Positions 1 through 9,211 of a DNA stretch of 64,000 bases are shown here, in pieces. How positions within the stretch are numbered: position 1 is the first letter of the stretch; each line of letters begins with the position of its first letter. The notes beneath the pieces are model-generated. The model was not told the DNA's origin and did no database searches. It saw only the letters and a list, made by a program, of their open reading frames with translations. Location of the stretch: the NCBI GenBank assembly GCA_024231215.1, contig JAAEQR010000195.1, positions 78,755 through 142,754 of the forward strand, in the 5' to 3' direction. This DNA is from PVC group bacterium (lineage in GTDB: Bacteria > Omnitrophota > Gorgyraeia > B26-G9). Position numbers and translations under genes: made by a program.

Positions 1-2
1 TT

Positions 3-200
3 GATGAAGATGATAATAGGGTTGTATATAATTTGGTTTATAATCACTATAAATATACAGACAGCCCAAAGGCTAAATTTGTGCATGATAATTTTGAAGA
101 AGAAGCTAAGAAATTTGTAAAGGTCATGCCTTTAGAATATAAACGGATCTTGGAGCAAAGAAAATTGCAGGAACAACTGGGATTATCGGAGACAGAATAG
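3..200 (+). CDS. gltB: glutamate synthase large subunit, C-terminal fragment (5' end lies outside the window)
   Basis: Frame-3 translation ends ...FVKVMPLEYKRILEQRKLQEQLGLSETE*. This looks like the conserved GltB C-terminal tail, and gltD follows immediately. Confidence 0.55.
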   Translation, partial: DEDDNRVVYNLVYNHYKYTDSPKAKFVHDNFEEEAKKFVKVMPLEYKRILEQRKLQEQLGLSETE

Positions 201-377
201 AATGATTTAGTGGATAGCGTAAAAATTCTCTTCGAGCGGCGGTTTTGAACGTGATTTTGACAAGGATGTTAAAATAGTGAGAACTCGCGGCTGCAAGGCA
301 GGAGGCCGCAGCAGGCTTAGCGAGAAGACGTGTTTTGGCGATATCTGATTGTTTGATATTTTTTATGGAGGATAGTA

Positions 378-1823
378 ATGGGTGACGCAAGAGGTTTTTT
401 AAAAGTAAAACGCAAAAATACAGAATATCGTCCGGTATGTGAACGTGTGCTGGACTTTAAAGAAGTAACTATATTACGCAGCAATAAACATACTCGGGAA
501 CAGGCATCGCGTTGCATGGATTGCGGGACTCCGTTTTGTCAGTGGGCGTGTCCGGTAGCTAACTATATCCCGGAATGGAATGATCTTGTTTACCGAGGGC
601 ATTGGCAAAAAGCGTTTGATTTATTACAGGCGACAAATAATTTGCCGGAAATTACCGGCAGAATTTGTCCGGCTTTATGTGAGTATTCATGTGTGCTGGG
701 AATTAGCGACGATGCAGTTACAATCAGGGAAAATGAACTGGCGATTATCGAACATGCATTTAAAAACGGATACATCAAACCTAATCCTCCGAAAGTTCGT
801 ACTGGTAAAACAGTAGCGGTGATCGGTTCTGGACCAGCAGGTTTAGCTTGTGCTGATCAGCTTAATAAGGCAGGGCATGAAGTTACTGTTTTTGAAAAAG
901 ATGATAAAATCGGTGGGATTCTGCGTTATGGAATTCCTGATTTTAAGTTAGAAAAAAATATGATCGATCGGCGTGTGGATATTTATACAAAAGAAGGTAT
1001 TAATTTTAAAACAGGGATTGATGCAAGTAAAAATATTAAAGTAGAAGCTTTGAAAAAAGAGTTTGATGCGGTTTGTCTGACCGGAGGCTCCCGTGAGCCG
1101 CGGGATTTAAAGATAGAAGGTAGAGAATTAAAAGGTATTTATATGGCTATGGATTTTTTGATCCAGGCTAATCTGCGGGTTGATGGTAAAGAGGTAGCCG
1201 AAGAGGCATCGATCAATGCTAAAGGGAAGAGTGTCGTAGTTATTGGCGGTGGAGATACTGGAGCTGACTGTGTGGGGATTTCCCATCGGCAGGGAGCTAA
1301 TTATATAGTGCAAATTGAAGTCATGCCGCGGCCGGCTGAAAGCAGGACAAAAGATTTCCCCTGGCCGAGGTATCCGATGCTTTTAAAGAGCTCAACTAGC
1401 CATGATGAAGGCGGGGATCGGCAGTGGGCAGTACTTACTAAACGTTTTACCGGAGAAAATGGACAGGTAAAAAAACTTGAATGTGTACAGGTAGCATTTG
1501 TGAAAGATGAAAGTACAGGCCTGATGAGCATGAAGGAAATACCGGATAGTGAATTTGAAATAAATACAGATCTGGTTATCCTTGCTGTAGGATTTTTGCA
1601 TCCGGAGCATAATACAGTATTATCTGATTTAAAAGTAGAATTTGATCAGCGTGGGAATGTAAAGGCTGATGATAATTTCATGACCAACCAAAAAGGCGTT
1701 TTCGCCGCAGGTGATTTGCGTCGCGGACAATCTTTGATTGTCTGGGCAATATCCGAAGGTCGCAAATCAGCGCATCATATAGATACATATCTTATGGGTA
1801 ATAGCGAATTACCGGCCCTTTAA
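378..1823 (+). CDS. gltD: glutamate synthase (NADPH) small subunit
   Basis: 481 aa. N-terminal Cys clusters ([23 protein letters not shown]) match the GltD 4Fe-4S sites. Two Rossmann motifs ([24 protein letters not shown]) are present. RBS GGAGGA precedes the ATG. Confidence 0.85.
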   Translation: MGDARGFLKVKRKNTEYRPVCERVLDFKEVTILRSNKHTREQASRCMDCGTPFCQWACPVANYIPEWNDLVYRGHWQKAFDLLQATNNLPEITGRICPALCEYSCVLGISDDAVTIRENELAIIEHAFKNGYIKPNPPKVRTGKTVAVIGSGPAGLACADQLNKAGHEVTVFEKDDKIGGILRYGIPDFKLEKNMIDRRVDIYTKEGINFKTGIDASKNIKVEALKKEFDAVCLTGGSREPRDLKIEGRELKGIYMAMDFLIQANLRVDGKEVAEEASINAKGKSVVVIGGGDTGADCVGISHRQGANYIVQIEVMPRPAESRTKDFPWPRYPMLLKSSTSHDEGGDRQWAVLTKRFTGENGQVKKLECVQVAFVKDESTGLMSMKEIPDSEFEINTDLVILAVGFLHPEHNTVLSDLKVEFDQRGNVKADDNFMTNQKGVFAAGDLRRGQSLIVWAISEGRKSAHHIDTYLMGNSELPAL

Positions 1824-1953
1824 AGTTTCCAAAAAATCATATATTTTGACAAAACTTTCCTCTCGGGGTTATAATAATATAACCATCCGATTTTAAAATC
1901 ATAAAGGTTAAAGAGCTTCCTAATAATAAAAATAGATTAAGTAAGGAGTATGT

Positions 1954-2946
1954 ATGCGTTCATTTGGTTCTAATTCGCGACGTGGACAATCGCGGCAAAA
2001 ATCACATCATCATGGAAGATCACGACCGCAGCAACGTTCGCATATGTCGACGCGCAGGGTTGCTTCAGCTGATGAGAAAAAATTCATTGCCGGAACAGCA
2101 GTAGATCCGCATCCGCGTATTATTCTTGAGAAGGGCAGTGATGACTTGTCTGTTCGTGCACTTGATCTTATTTGCCCGATAGGAATGGGACAGCGTGCGC
2201 TTGTGGTGTCATCTCCTGGATTGGGTAAGACGACATTTTTAAAAAATATCTGTCATGCAGTATCAAACGGGTATCCCGAGATGAAGGTATATTGCGTTCT
2301 TGTTGATGAGCGCCCCGAAGAGGTGACGGATTTTACGCGGAGTGTGAATGCTAATGTATATTCTTCGTCCATAGATCATAGTCATGAAAGTCATATTAAG
2401 ATTGTTGATACTGTTATGCTGGAAGCTTTTAAGGAAGCGGTCGCAGGGCATAATGTGATGATATTGCTTGATTCGCTTACACGTCTGGCGCGAGTACATA
2501 ATACACAGCATCGAGGTAGTGGACGTACACTTTCCGGAGGAGTGGATGCTGGTGCACTTGAAGTACCACGTCGTATTTTTGGTGCTGCCCGGAATGTAGA
2601 AGGTTTGGGCTCGATAACGATTATTGCGACGATTTTGGTTGATACAGGCAGCTGCATGGATAATGTTATATTTGAGGAATTTAAAGGCACGGGGAATATG
2701 GAGCTGGTGCTTTCAAAGCAACTAGCAGCTAATCGGGTGTTCCCGGCAATCGATGTGTTAAAGAGTGGGACCAGGCGGGCGGAGCTTTTGTTTGAGCCGG
2801 AAGAATACAGACGCCTTGAATTGTTACGCCGGGGGATGGCTATGGCTAATAGTGTCTCTGCCATGGAAAAGCTGATAGATTTGCTTGGGAAATATCCGAA
2901 TAATAGCGATCTTTTAGAATCATTTAAGGATTTTAAAATTAGTTAA
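1954..2946 (+). CDS. rho: transcription termination factor Rho, ATPase core only, with a short Arg/His/Ser-rich N-terminus replacing the canonical NTD
   Basis: The P-loop SSPGLGKTT, catalytic VDERPEEV, Q-loop-like RGSGRTLSGGVD and Arg-finger region GTRRAELL align to E. coli Rho residues about 150-419. Only about 55 residues precede the ATPase domain. RBS AAGGAG sits 5 nt upstream, and an in-frame TAA lies at 1942-1944. Confidence 0.8.
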   Translation: MRSFGSNSRRGQSRQKSHHHGRSRPQQRSHMSTRRVASADEKKFIAGTAVDPHPRIILEKGSDDLSVRALDLICPIGMGQRALVVSSPGLGKTTFLKNICHAVSNGYPEMKVYCVLVDERPEEVTDFTRSVNANVYSSSIDHSHESHIKIVDTVMLEAFKEAVAGHNVMILLDSLTRLARVHNTQHRGSGRTLSGGVDAGALEVPRRIFGAARNVEGLGSITIIATILVDTGSCMDNVIFEEFKGTGNMELVLSKQLAANRVFPAIDVLKSGTRRAELLFEPEEYRRLELLRRGMAMANSVSAMEKLIDLLGKYPNNSDLLESFKDFKIS

Positions 2947-2955
2947 AGGGACTCT

Positions 2956-3528
2956 ATGAGAAAATATTTAAAAATATTTTACGTGACAATAGGACTAATT
3001 CTAATGCCCTCTGTTTGTTTTGCGGATGGAGGAGGACCAATATTATTGCTGATTAATGGATATGCTTTTAGTGTCGGGCAAATTTGGATTATGTCTGTGG
3101 AATTTGGCTATCTTTTTTTATGGTTAAAATCCTTATCTTTTTCGAAATGGAAAATTTTTAAAATAACATTTATTATGAATCTTCTTTCAACTTTGCTGGG
3201 TGCTATTTTATTTCCGTTATTGCTGGCGATCGTAACATTCCCTGGATTATTATATATGAATACTAAATGGGGCGGATTGCTGATGGCTCTTGGCACCTGG
3301 ATAGCGGGTGATAACTCGCCTAATTCTGAAGTTGCAATCGGTGCCGCAGTAGTTGGGTTTTTTATAACATTTATTTTAACGATATGGATTGAGTATAAAT
3401 ATCTTAAAAGATTATCGCGAAAAAAACAGATAGATTTTGGAAAGAATCTTTTCAAGCATTGTATTTATTTTAACATAATAAGTTATACAGGATTAATAAC
3501 TTTGTTTTTTGTTCTTCAAAGATTATGA
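2956..3528 (+). CDS. hypothetical polytopic membrane protein
   Basis: 190 aa with several hydrophobic segments. No family recognised. Confidence 0.5.
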   Translation: MRKYLKIFYVTIGLILMPSVCFADGGGPILLLINGYAFSVGQIWIMSVEFGYLFLWLKSLSFSKWKIFKITFIMNLLSTLLGAILFPLLLAIVTFPGLLYMNTKWGGLLMALGTWIAGDNSPNSEVAIGAAVVGFFITFILTIWIEYKYLKRLSRKKQIDFGKNLFKHCIYFNIISYTGLITLFFVLQRL

Positions 3529-3571
3529 AATAGTGGTTATAAATAAAATAAAGATATAAGGAGATATTGTA

Positions 3572-4639
3572 GTGAAAACTTTACGCATAATAATTTCCGG
3601 GTTCTATATTTTATTGTTTTTTTTTAGCCTGGTTGTTTTTGCCCAAACGATTGAGAATCGTCCGATACAAGTTGATGCGCATTCTTCAGAATATAATTCT
3701 TTTCTTCATTACTACACTGATCTTATTCGCAAGTTCAAAGTAACAACCGTAGAAGATCAGGACTATGTGTATCTGGATCAGCTTGTTGAAAAAGCGCGTA
3801 GTCTTCGTACCGAAGAACCTTTAACTGTGGAATCCTGCAAAAAAATTTTAAAAGAACTTGAAAGAATTATTGATGAGGAGGAAGCGTTCAATATTGGTAC
3901 TTTAGCATATACTCGGGTTATTCTGCCGATAGGATGGAAGGGCAAGCACTGTTTTTATCGCTCGCTCATGTTTCATTCATTAGGGCAAGAGGCAGGAATA
4001 CCGATTTATGTTTTTGCTACTCCTAAAGGTAAAGCTTCAGAATTATATCATTTTGCGAATCGGGTAGATCTCGACGGTAAACATTCTATAAAGGATCAAC
4101 AGAGTCCGGATAATGAAGGAGATTTTTGTTATGAAGCAACAAGAGATGTTTTTTGTGAAGATGCATACTATTTGAAAAACTATAATTTTACCCCGGAAAT
4201 GATAGAAAAAGAAGTCTATGGCCGAAACTTAGATGATAATGCAACTATTGCTGCTTTTGTGGGACATCTTTATAAATATAAAAAAAAGGATAAAAGAAAG
4301 TTAGTTGAGCACTTATCTTTATTGCAGCCAATAGCAGATGTTCTCATGAAATACGGTGATGTTCCGACAGACTGGATTAGCGCGGGTAGTGCCTTGCGGA
4401 CGTATGCGGAGTATCGAGAGAAAAGTCTGGCTCCGCGTATGAGCGCTACGGAGGATAAATGGCGTCTTAGGGCTGAAATGCTCAAGATTATGGAACGGGC
4501 ATTGGATTGTTATAATAAAGCTTTATCAATGAATGATACGGACTGGATTATAAATAGATCGGTTCATCAATATAAGAAGTTCGTTGAAGATGTTAGGGAA
4601 TCAGTTGAAAAATATTATAGTCATAGTTGGAAGAAATAA
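3572..4639 (+). CDS. exported hypothetical protein with a transglutaminase-like Cys-core motif
   Basis: GTG start with RBS AAGGAGA. An N-terminal signal peptide is present. The segment GWKGKHCFYRSLMFHSLGQEAGIPIYV resembles the G-x-C-x-x-[FY]...GIP core of transglutaminase-like cysteine peptidases. Confidence 0.45.
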   Translation: MKTLRIIISGFYILLFFFSLVVFAQTIENRPIQVDAHSSEYNSFLHYYTDLIRKFKVTTVEDQDYVYLDQLVEKARSLRTEEPLTVESCKKILKELERIIDEEEAFNIGTLAYTRVILPIGWKGKHCFYRSLMFHSLGQEAGIPIYVFATPKGKASELYHFANRVDLDGKHSIKDQQSPDNEGDFCYEATRDVFCEDAYYLKNYNFTPEMIEKEVYGRNLDDNATIAAFVGHLYKYKKKDKRKLVEHLSLLQPIADVLMKYGDVPTDWISAGSALRTYAEYREKSLAPRMSATEDKWRLRAEMLKIMERALDCYNKALSMNDTDWIINRSVHQYKKFVEDVRESVEKYYSHSWKK

Positions 4640-4647
4640 CGCAGGTT

Positions 4648-5610
4648 TTATTTTTTTGCTGCCTTGATTGCATCTATTGCTTCCTGACAGTGCTTTTTAA
4701 ACGTATACCTTTCTTTTTTATCTGGTGGTAAATTATATTTGAGCGCATGCTCTAAATAATCTAAAGCGTCGTTTCCGTAGTGCACCAACAATTCTTTGCA
4801 TTTCTTGGGGAATATCACGAATTTTTTTTCCAAAGCAGGTAAAATATAAGGCGTTGCTTTTGGGCCGTATTCTTTAAGCGCATCAAAAGCTACTTGTTGT
4901 AAAGGGGTCAATGTTCTTACTTCTGTCCTCCAGCCGCGTTCTGTATAAAATGCATAAGCAAAGTTTGGCATGGCTTCGTTTGCATTGAATTTTTTTGCGA
5001 TCATCGCAGACTCTGTTCTTGCTTTGCACATCGGATTATTGATGCCCTGGATGGCGATTTTAGTGGCTGGCTCTGCGGCCTTACCCATTTGCAATAGAGC
5101 TTGCCCGCAGGCTTGGGCAAAATATCTATTTTGATTTTTTAATCCGCTAGTAAGTAAAGAGATTGTTTCATTGTTAGATTGCCCTATTTTCCCTAATGCT
5201 TCTGCCGCTGCGGTTTTAACTTGAATATCCGGGTCATTAAGCTTTTCGGTAAGGGATTCTATTATCTCCGGAGCAGAATAATCAAGTTCTCCTAAAGCCT
5301 GACAGGCTTTTATTCTCTGCTTCGGGTCTTTATCTGTAAGTTGTTTAATTAACCCGGAAGGATTGTTGTTAATAATTGGTTGTTCGGGAACTTTTTTTTC
5401 AGGTAGTGGTTTTTTAACCGCCGGGACTATATTAGTTTTTTTGATTTTTGCAGGCTTAGCAGATGTTTTAGTTAAAGTAATAGGTGGTGGCTGCTGTTTC
5501 TTTTTTGATTTAGAGAGTTTGGGAATGAATAGGACAATCAGGGAAATAAACCCTACCAATATCACGATAACTGTTACTAATTCAAACATGATTTTTCGAG
5601 GCATTTTCAT
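4648..5610 (-). CDS. HEAT-repeat (PBS-lyase-like) protein with an N-terminal TM anchor
   Basis: 320 aa. N-terminal hydrophobic helix followed by a Lys/Pro-rich linker. Repeats of the type DPDIQVKTAAAEALGKIG and KQRIKACQALGEL. RBS AAAGGA precedes the ATG on the minus strand. Confidence 0.65.
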   Translation of the reverse strand: MKMPRKIMFELVTVIVILVGFISLIVLFIPKLSKSKKKQQPPPITLTKTSAKPAKIKKTNIVPAVKKPLPEKKVPEQPIINNNPSGLIKQLTDKDPKQRIKACQALGELDYSAPEIIESLTEKLNDPDIQVKTAAAEALGKIGQSNNETISLLTSGLKNQNRYFAQACGQALLQMGKAAEPATKIAIQGINNPMCKARTESAMIAKKFNANEAMPNFAYAFYTERGWRTEVRTLTPLQQVAFDALKEYGPKATPYILPALEKKFVIFPKKCKELLVHYGNDALDYLEHALKYNLPPDKKERYTFKKHCQEAIDAIKAAKK

Positions 5611-5706
5611 ATGTCATCCTTTATGGTTAATAGTATCGCATTTAGTTTTTTTTGTAAATAATTAATCTTACTATGATATGATGAGAAAGGAGAGGATGAT
5701 TTAAAG

Positions 5707-5925
5707 ATGAGCGAACAACAAACAAATGATCCATTGCACGGCGTGACGCTTGAGAAGATCGTGAATAGTTTGGTCGAGCAGTATGGCTGGGACGTCTTAG
5801 GCGAACGCATTAATATCCGGTGTTTTACTAATGATCCATCCGTAAAATCCAGCCTCAAATTTCTGCGAAGAACTCCCTGGGCAAGGAAAAAAGTCGAGAA
5901 CTTATATCTGGAAATTTCTGAATAA
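5707..5925 (+). CDS. DUF2132-family small protein
   Basis: 72 aa. [57 protein letters not shown] resembles the DUF2132/VF530 signature. Strong RBS AAAGGAGAGGA. Confidence 0.55.
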   Translation: MSEQQTNDPLHGVTLEKIVNSLVEQYGWDVLGERINIRCFTNDPSVKSSLKFLRRTPWARKKVENLYLEISE

Positions 5926-6122
5926 ACTATATATCCTAATTCCCGGGATTCACATCCAGAACAAAAGATTATAGATAAGATTGTTTTTCTTGAGACAGAC
6001 TTGTAGATGTCTAATGGATAATGCTATAATACGTATTATGAAAACAACTCATTTTTTAAACCCAGATTAGTGATATTCGCTGTGAGCTAATGCATGATTT
6101 GGGTTAATAAAGGGGAATCAAT

Positions 6123-6614
6123 ATGAATAAATCGAAAATTAAGACAGTTTTTATTTTAATTTTCTGCGTATGTATATTAGCACAGGCCATGATGTGCTTT
6201 GCTCAAGCTGAGCAGTTTAAAGCTAGTTATCCGGAAAATAGGGTAAGATCATTTGTGCATTATTTTTTCTCTCTTTTTGAGAAAAAGCCAAAAGATGTTG
6301 ATGCGATTGTTGCTCTTTTGGCTAAAGATAATTTAAAGATGGTTTATCCATGGGGGCAGATACATTCAAAACAGGAGGCAAGGAAGTGGATAACCGAAAT
6401 CCCAAAAGAGGTGCAGGACGCGCATCATATAAAAAATGTTAAAATAGAAATTTTAGAAGACGGGCGGTATTTTGTGACATTGGATGTGTTATGGCATAAT
6501 ATAGGACCGGAAGGACATTTCCAAGAGAAACAGCTAATATATGAATTGGAGTTGGTTGATGGGGGCGGGAGGTTTCCCTTAATTGTAAGTCTTCTTTCAA
6601 AAGAAGCGAAATGA
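6123..6614 (+). CDS. exported hypothetical protein
   Basis: 163 aa with a signal peptide. RBS AAAGGGG. No family recognised. Confidence 0.5.
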   Translation: MNKSKIKTVFILIFCVCILAQAMMCFAQAEQFKASYPENRVRSFVHYFFSLFEKKPKDVDAIVALLAKDNLKMVYPWGQIHSKQEARKWITEIPKEVQDAHHIKNVKIEILEDGRYFVTLDVLWHNIGPEGHFQEKQLIYELELVDGGGRFPLIVSLLSKEAK

Positions 6615-6627
6615 CAGGGAACAACCT

Positions 6628-7188
6628 ATGAAATTAAAAAAAAGCACATATGTATTATTGATTTGTCTTGTTATTTGTTTTGGTTTTTTTGTTTGGACTG
6701 TTTTGTATACAGGAACACCAATGAGGAACGGTCTTTATTTGAGATATAAGTTGGTGCAGAACGGGGTGGATATTGAGTCTTATCAAAAATTTTCTTTTTC
6801 CAGAATCAATCTCAGGTATTTTACTGTAGATATCGAATCTAAGGGGTTGATTGAAAGTAAAGGCAAAGACAGGGTTGATTGTTATTTTACAAATGAAGAA
6901 GATTGTTTATTGACCGGGCCGGTTGGCGGATTGCTCTGGATAGATCCTGACGATTTCAAAAAAGATGCTATAATTGCCGGAAGCCAGGTACAAAAGACCG
7001 CGGCCTGGAAAGGGTATAATGTTTGGGTCCTAAAAGATCAGTCTTTGGAAAATTGTTACGGTTATTATGATCAGCGGACAGGATTACAAGTGGGTTTTGA
7101 AAATCAGTGGTCTTCTAAAAAACTTGAAGCTATATTAACGCAGACAAATGCGAAGGTATTGGGTTCTACTTATTTGGAGAAGAAATGA
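6628..7188 (+). CDS. hypothetical membrane-anchored protein
   Basis: 186 aa with an N-terminal TM segment. No family recognised. Confidence 0.5.
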   Translation: MKLKKSTYVLLICLVICFGFFVWTVLYTGTPMRNGLYLRYKLVQNGVDIESYQKFSFSRINLRYFTVDIESKGLIESKGKDRVDCYFTNEEDCLLTGPVGGLLWIDPDDFKKDAIIAGSQVQKTAAWKGYNVWVLKDQSLENCYGYYDQRTGLQVGFENQWSSKKLEAILTQTNAKVLGSTYLEKK

Positions 7189-7883
7189 GCGTAATTGATT
7201 TTTGGAAAAGTTTTGAGCATATAAAATATATATATTTATTTGGTACAATCAGTTTAGTTGTGTTTGCGTGTATTTTCTATGCTTGGCTTAGCAAGAAACA
7301 GACCGAGTGGCAGCGAAATGTTTTAGGACGATTAGGGCTTGTTTTTGTTAATCATCTGCGCGAAGAGATGTTTGAGGAGTTAAAGGGATTCAAGCTTTTT
7401 AATATAGGATATGCTAAAAAAATAACATATGTTTTAACAGGAGAGATGGAGGGCATATCCTGGAAGATTTTTGATTACCAGTATTCAGTAAAATCTGGAC
7501 GGCGCACAGCGACTTATATACAGACTGTTGCTTATACGGAGTTTTCCGGTTTAAGTCTTCCGAAGTTTTTAATAGAGCCGAATTCGTTTCTACATAAAAT
7601 TGGAGATGTGTTTAAAACTAATGATATTAAGCTTGAGGCGTTTCCTGTTTTTTTAAAACGATATACTTTGCGAGGAAAGGACGAGGTGCGTATTAAAAAA
7701 TTGTTTACTCCTCAAATAGTTGATTTCTTTGAAAAACGGAACCGAGCGGTTACGATTGAAGCAGAGGGTAGTAAAATAATAATTTATTATTTAAAAGTCA
7801 AAATTCCTTTGCCAGAGCTAAAAGATATCATTGTAGATGAGGCTGGAATTGTGAAAACTTTTGAAACACATTGTTCTAAATAA
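7185..7883 (+). CDS. hypothetical membrane-anchored protein
   Basis: 232 aa. Its ATGA start overlaps the stop of the upstream ORF. An N-terminal TM segment is present. Confidence 0.5.
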   Translation: MSVIDFWKSFEHIKYIYLFGTISLVVFACIFYAWLSKKQTEWQRNVLGRLGLVFVNHLREEMFEELKGFKLFNIGYAKKITYVLTGEMEGISWKIFDYQYSVKSGRRTATYIQTVAYTEFSGLSLPKFLIEPNSFLHKIGDVFKTNDIKLEAFPVFLKRYTLRGKDEVRIKKLFTPQIVDFFEKRNRAVTIEAEGSKIIIYYLKVKIPLPELKDIIVDEAGIVKTFETHCSK

Positions 7884-7902
7884 TCTATCTGTCACAAACC
7901 AG

Positions 7903-8046
7903 CTACTCTTTTGTATTAATATCTATTTCTTCCACTTCAAAATTAGTGCTTAATGCAAATATATTTTCTAAAGCCTGTTGTACATCTTCGGCTGTGAGTT
8001 TTTCCGTGCAGTTATTATGTCTTATTTTTACAATCAGCTCCTTCAT
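7903..8046 (-). CDS. small hypothetical protein (47 aa)
   Basis: Internal start MKELIVKIRHNN... is preceded by a strong RBS GGAGGGGGAAGCA-ATG. It is the only minus-strand small ORF with a convincing RBS. Confidence 0.35.
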   Translation of the reverse strand: MKELIVKIRHNNCTEKLTAEDVQQALENIFALSTNFEVEEIDINTKE

Positions 8047-8244
8047 TGCTTCCCCCTCCGTGGCAAAGATAGAATATAATATTATAAAGTAATTGCTATT
8101 GAAAAAAATATACAAGAATATTTTATTATATTCAAAAGTGATGTTTTGTCAAGAGTAAGATGTATACTTTTTGTGATTAATTTTTAAGCATTTTTTCCTT
8201 GACATGATTTATTGATTGTGATAGGTTTGGAGATGCAGAACAAA

Positions 8245-8292
8245 GGCGTTCTCTCAGTGATTACAACCGGGAGAATGCCTTTTTTGTTTTTG
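8245..8292 (+). terminator. intrinsic terminator or attenuator hairpin in the leader of the nfnAB-icd-gdhA operon
   Basis: GGCGTTCTC...GAGAATGCC is a 9-bp stem with one G-U pair, followed by TTTTTTGTTTTT. It lies about 45 nt upstream of the nfnA GTG and downstream of a candidate TTGACA promoter at about 8202. Confidence 0.45.
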
Positions 8293-8337
8293 AACTATAA
8301 ATCATTTTCGTAGAGATATTTATTATAGGAGACTGTA

Positions 8338-9171
8338 GTGAAAATATTAGAAAAAGAGCGTATTGCGGAAAACCTAACTAAATTTGTTATTAATGCGGAA
8401 CTTATTGCTGAAAAGGCCCTGCCGGGGCAGTTTATTATTCTTATGGGATGGAAAAAGGGCGAACGCATTCCGTTGACAATTGTCGATGCCGATAAAGAGA
8501 AAAAAACGATCACCATAATTTTTCAGGAAGTGGGATACACTACTAAATTATTAGGGAAGATGAATGCCGGGGATTCTTTGTATTCTCTGGTCGGACCTCT
8601 GGGAGAACCAACCCCGATTAAAAATTATGGCAAAGTTATTATTTTAGGTGGGGGAGTGGGTATTGCCGAGCTTTTGCCGGTTGTGCGTGCTTACAAAGAG
8701 GCAGGATGCGTGATTACCTCGATTCTTGGCGGTCGGACCTCTGATCTAGTAATTTTGCAGGATCAGATAAAAGAGTTTTCAGAAGAGTTATTTATAACTA
8801 CGGATGATGGATCATTAGGGGAAAAGGGGTTAGTAACCGATCCTTTAAAACAGTTGCTTGAGAAAAATTCAGATTATGGTTTAGTGTTTTGTGTCGGGCC
8901 GGTTCCGATGATGAGAGCGGTATCTAATGTGACGCGGCCATTTAAAATAAAGACGTTAGTCTGTCTTAATTCGATTATGATTGATGGCACAGGTATGTGC
9001 GGTGGTTGCCGGGTTACAGTGGGCAATAAAACAAAATTCACTTGCGTTGACGGACCTGATTTTGATGGACATGAAGTTGATTTTGAAGAGCTTATGGTTA
9101 GACAGAAAAGATTTATAACGCATGAAAAGCAGTCTAAATGTAAGCTAAACAAGTATGTAAAAGATGAATAA
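8338..9171 (+). CDS. nfnA: NfnA/SudB-like (PyrK-like) FAD + 2Fe-2S electron-transfer subunit
   Basis: 277 aa. GTG start with RBS AGGAG. PyrK-like FAD/NAD fold with the C-terminal cluster motif C-x8-CGGC-x...-C (CLNSIMIDGTGMCGGCRVTVGNKTKFTC). Confidence 0.7.
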   Translation: MKILEKERIAENLTKFVINAELIAEKALPGQFIILMGWKKGERIPLTIVDADKEKKTITIIFQEVGYTTKLLGKMNAGDSLYSLVGPLGEPTPIKNYGKVIILGGGVGIAELLPVVRAYKEAGCVITSILGGRTSDLVILQDQIKEFSEELFITTDDGSLGEKGLVTDPLKQLLEKNSDYGLVFCVGPVPMMRAVSNVTRPFKIKTLVCLNSIMIDGTGMCGGCRVTVGNKTKFTCVDGPDFDGHEVDFEELMVRQKRFITHEKQSKCKLNKYVKDE

Positions 9172-9211
9172 CTGATAATGACTTTTAACTTTAATACAGG
9201 AAATAAAAAAT

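Noticed and set aside
1824-1953. Possibility that the Rho N-terminal domain is encoded upstream in a shifted frame (pseudogene or frameshift)
   Set aside because: Only 130 nt separate the gltD stop and the rho start. There are stops in all frames and no OB-fold-like peptide. The NTD is simply not encoded here.
2391-2864. 157-aa minus-strand ORF
   Set aside because: It lies entirely antisense within the rho ATPase domain. A spurious ORF from the GC-rich codon pattern of rho.
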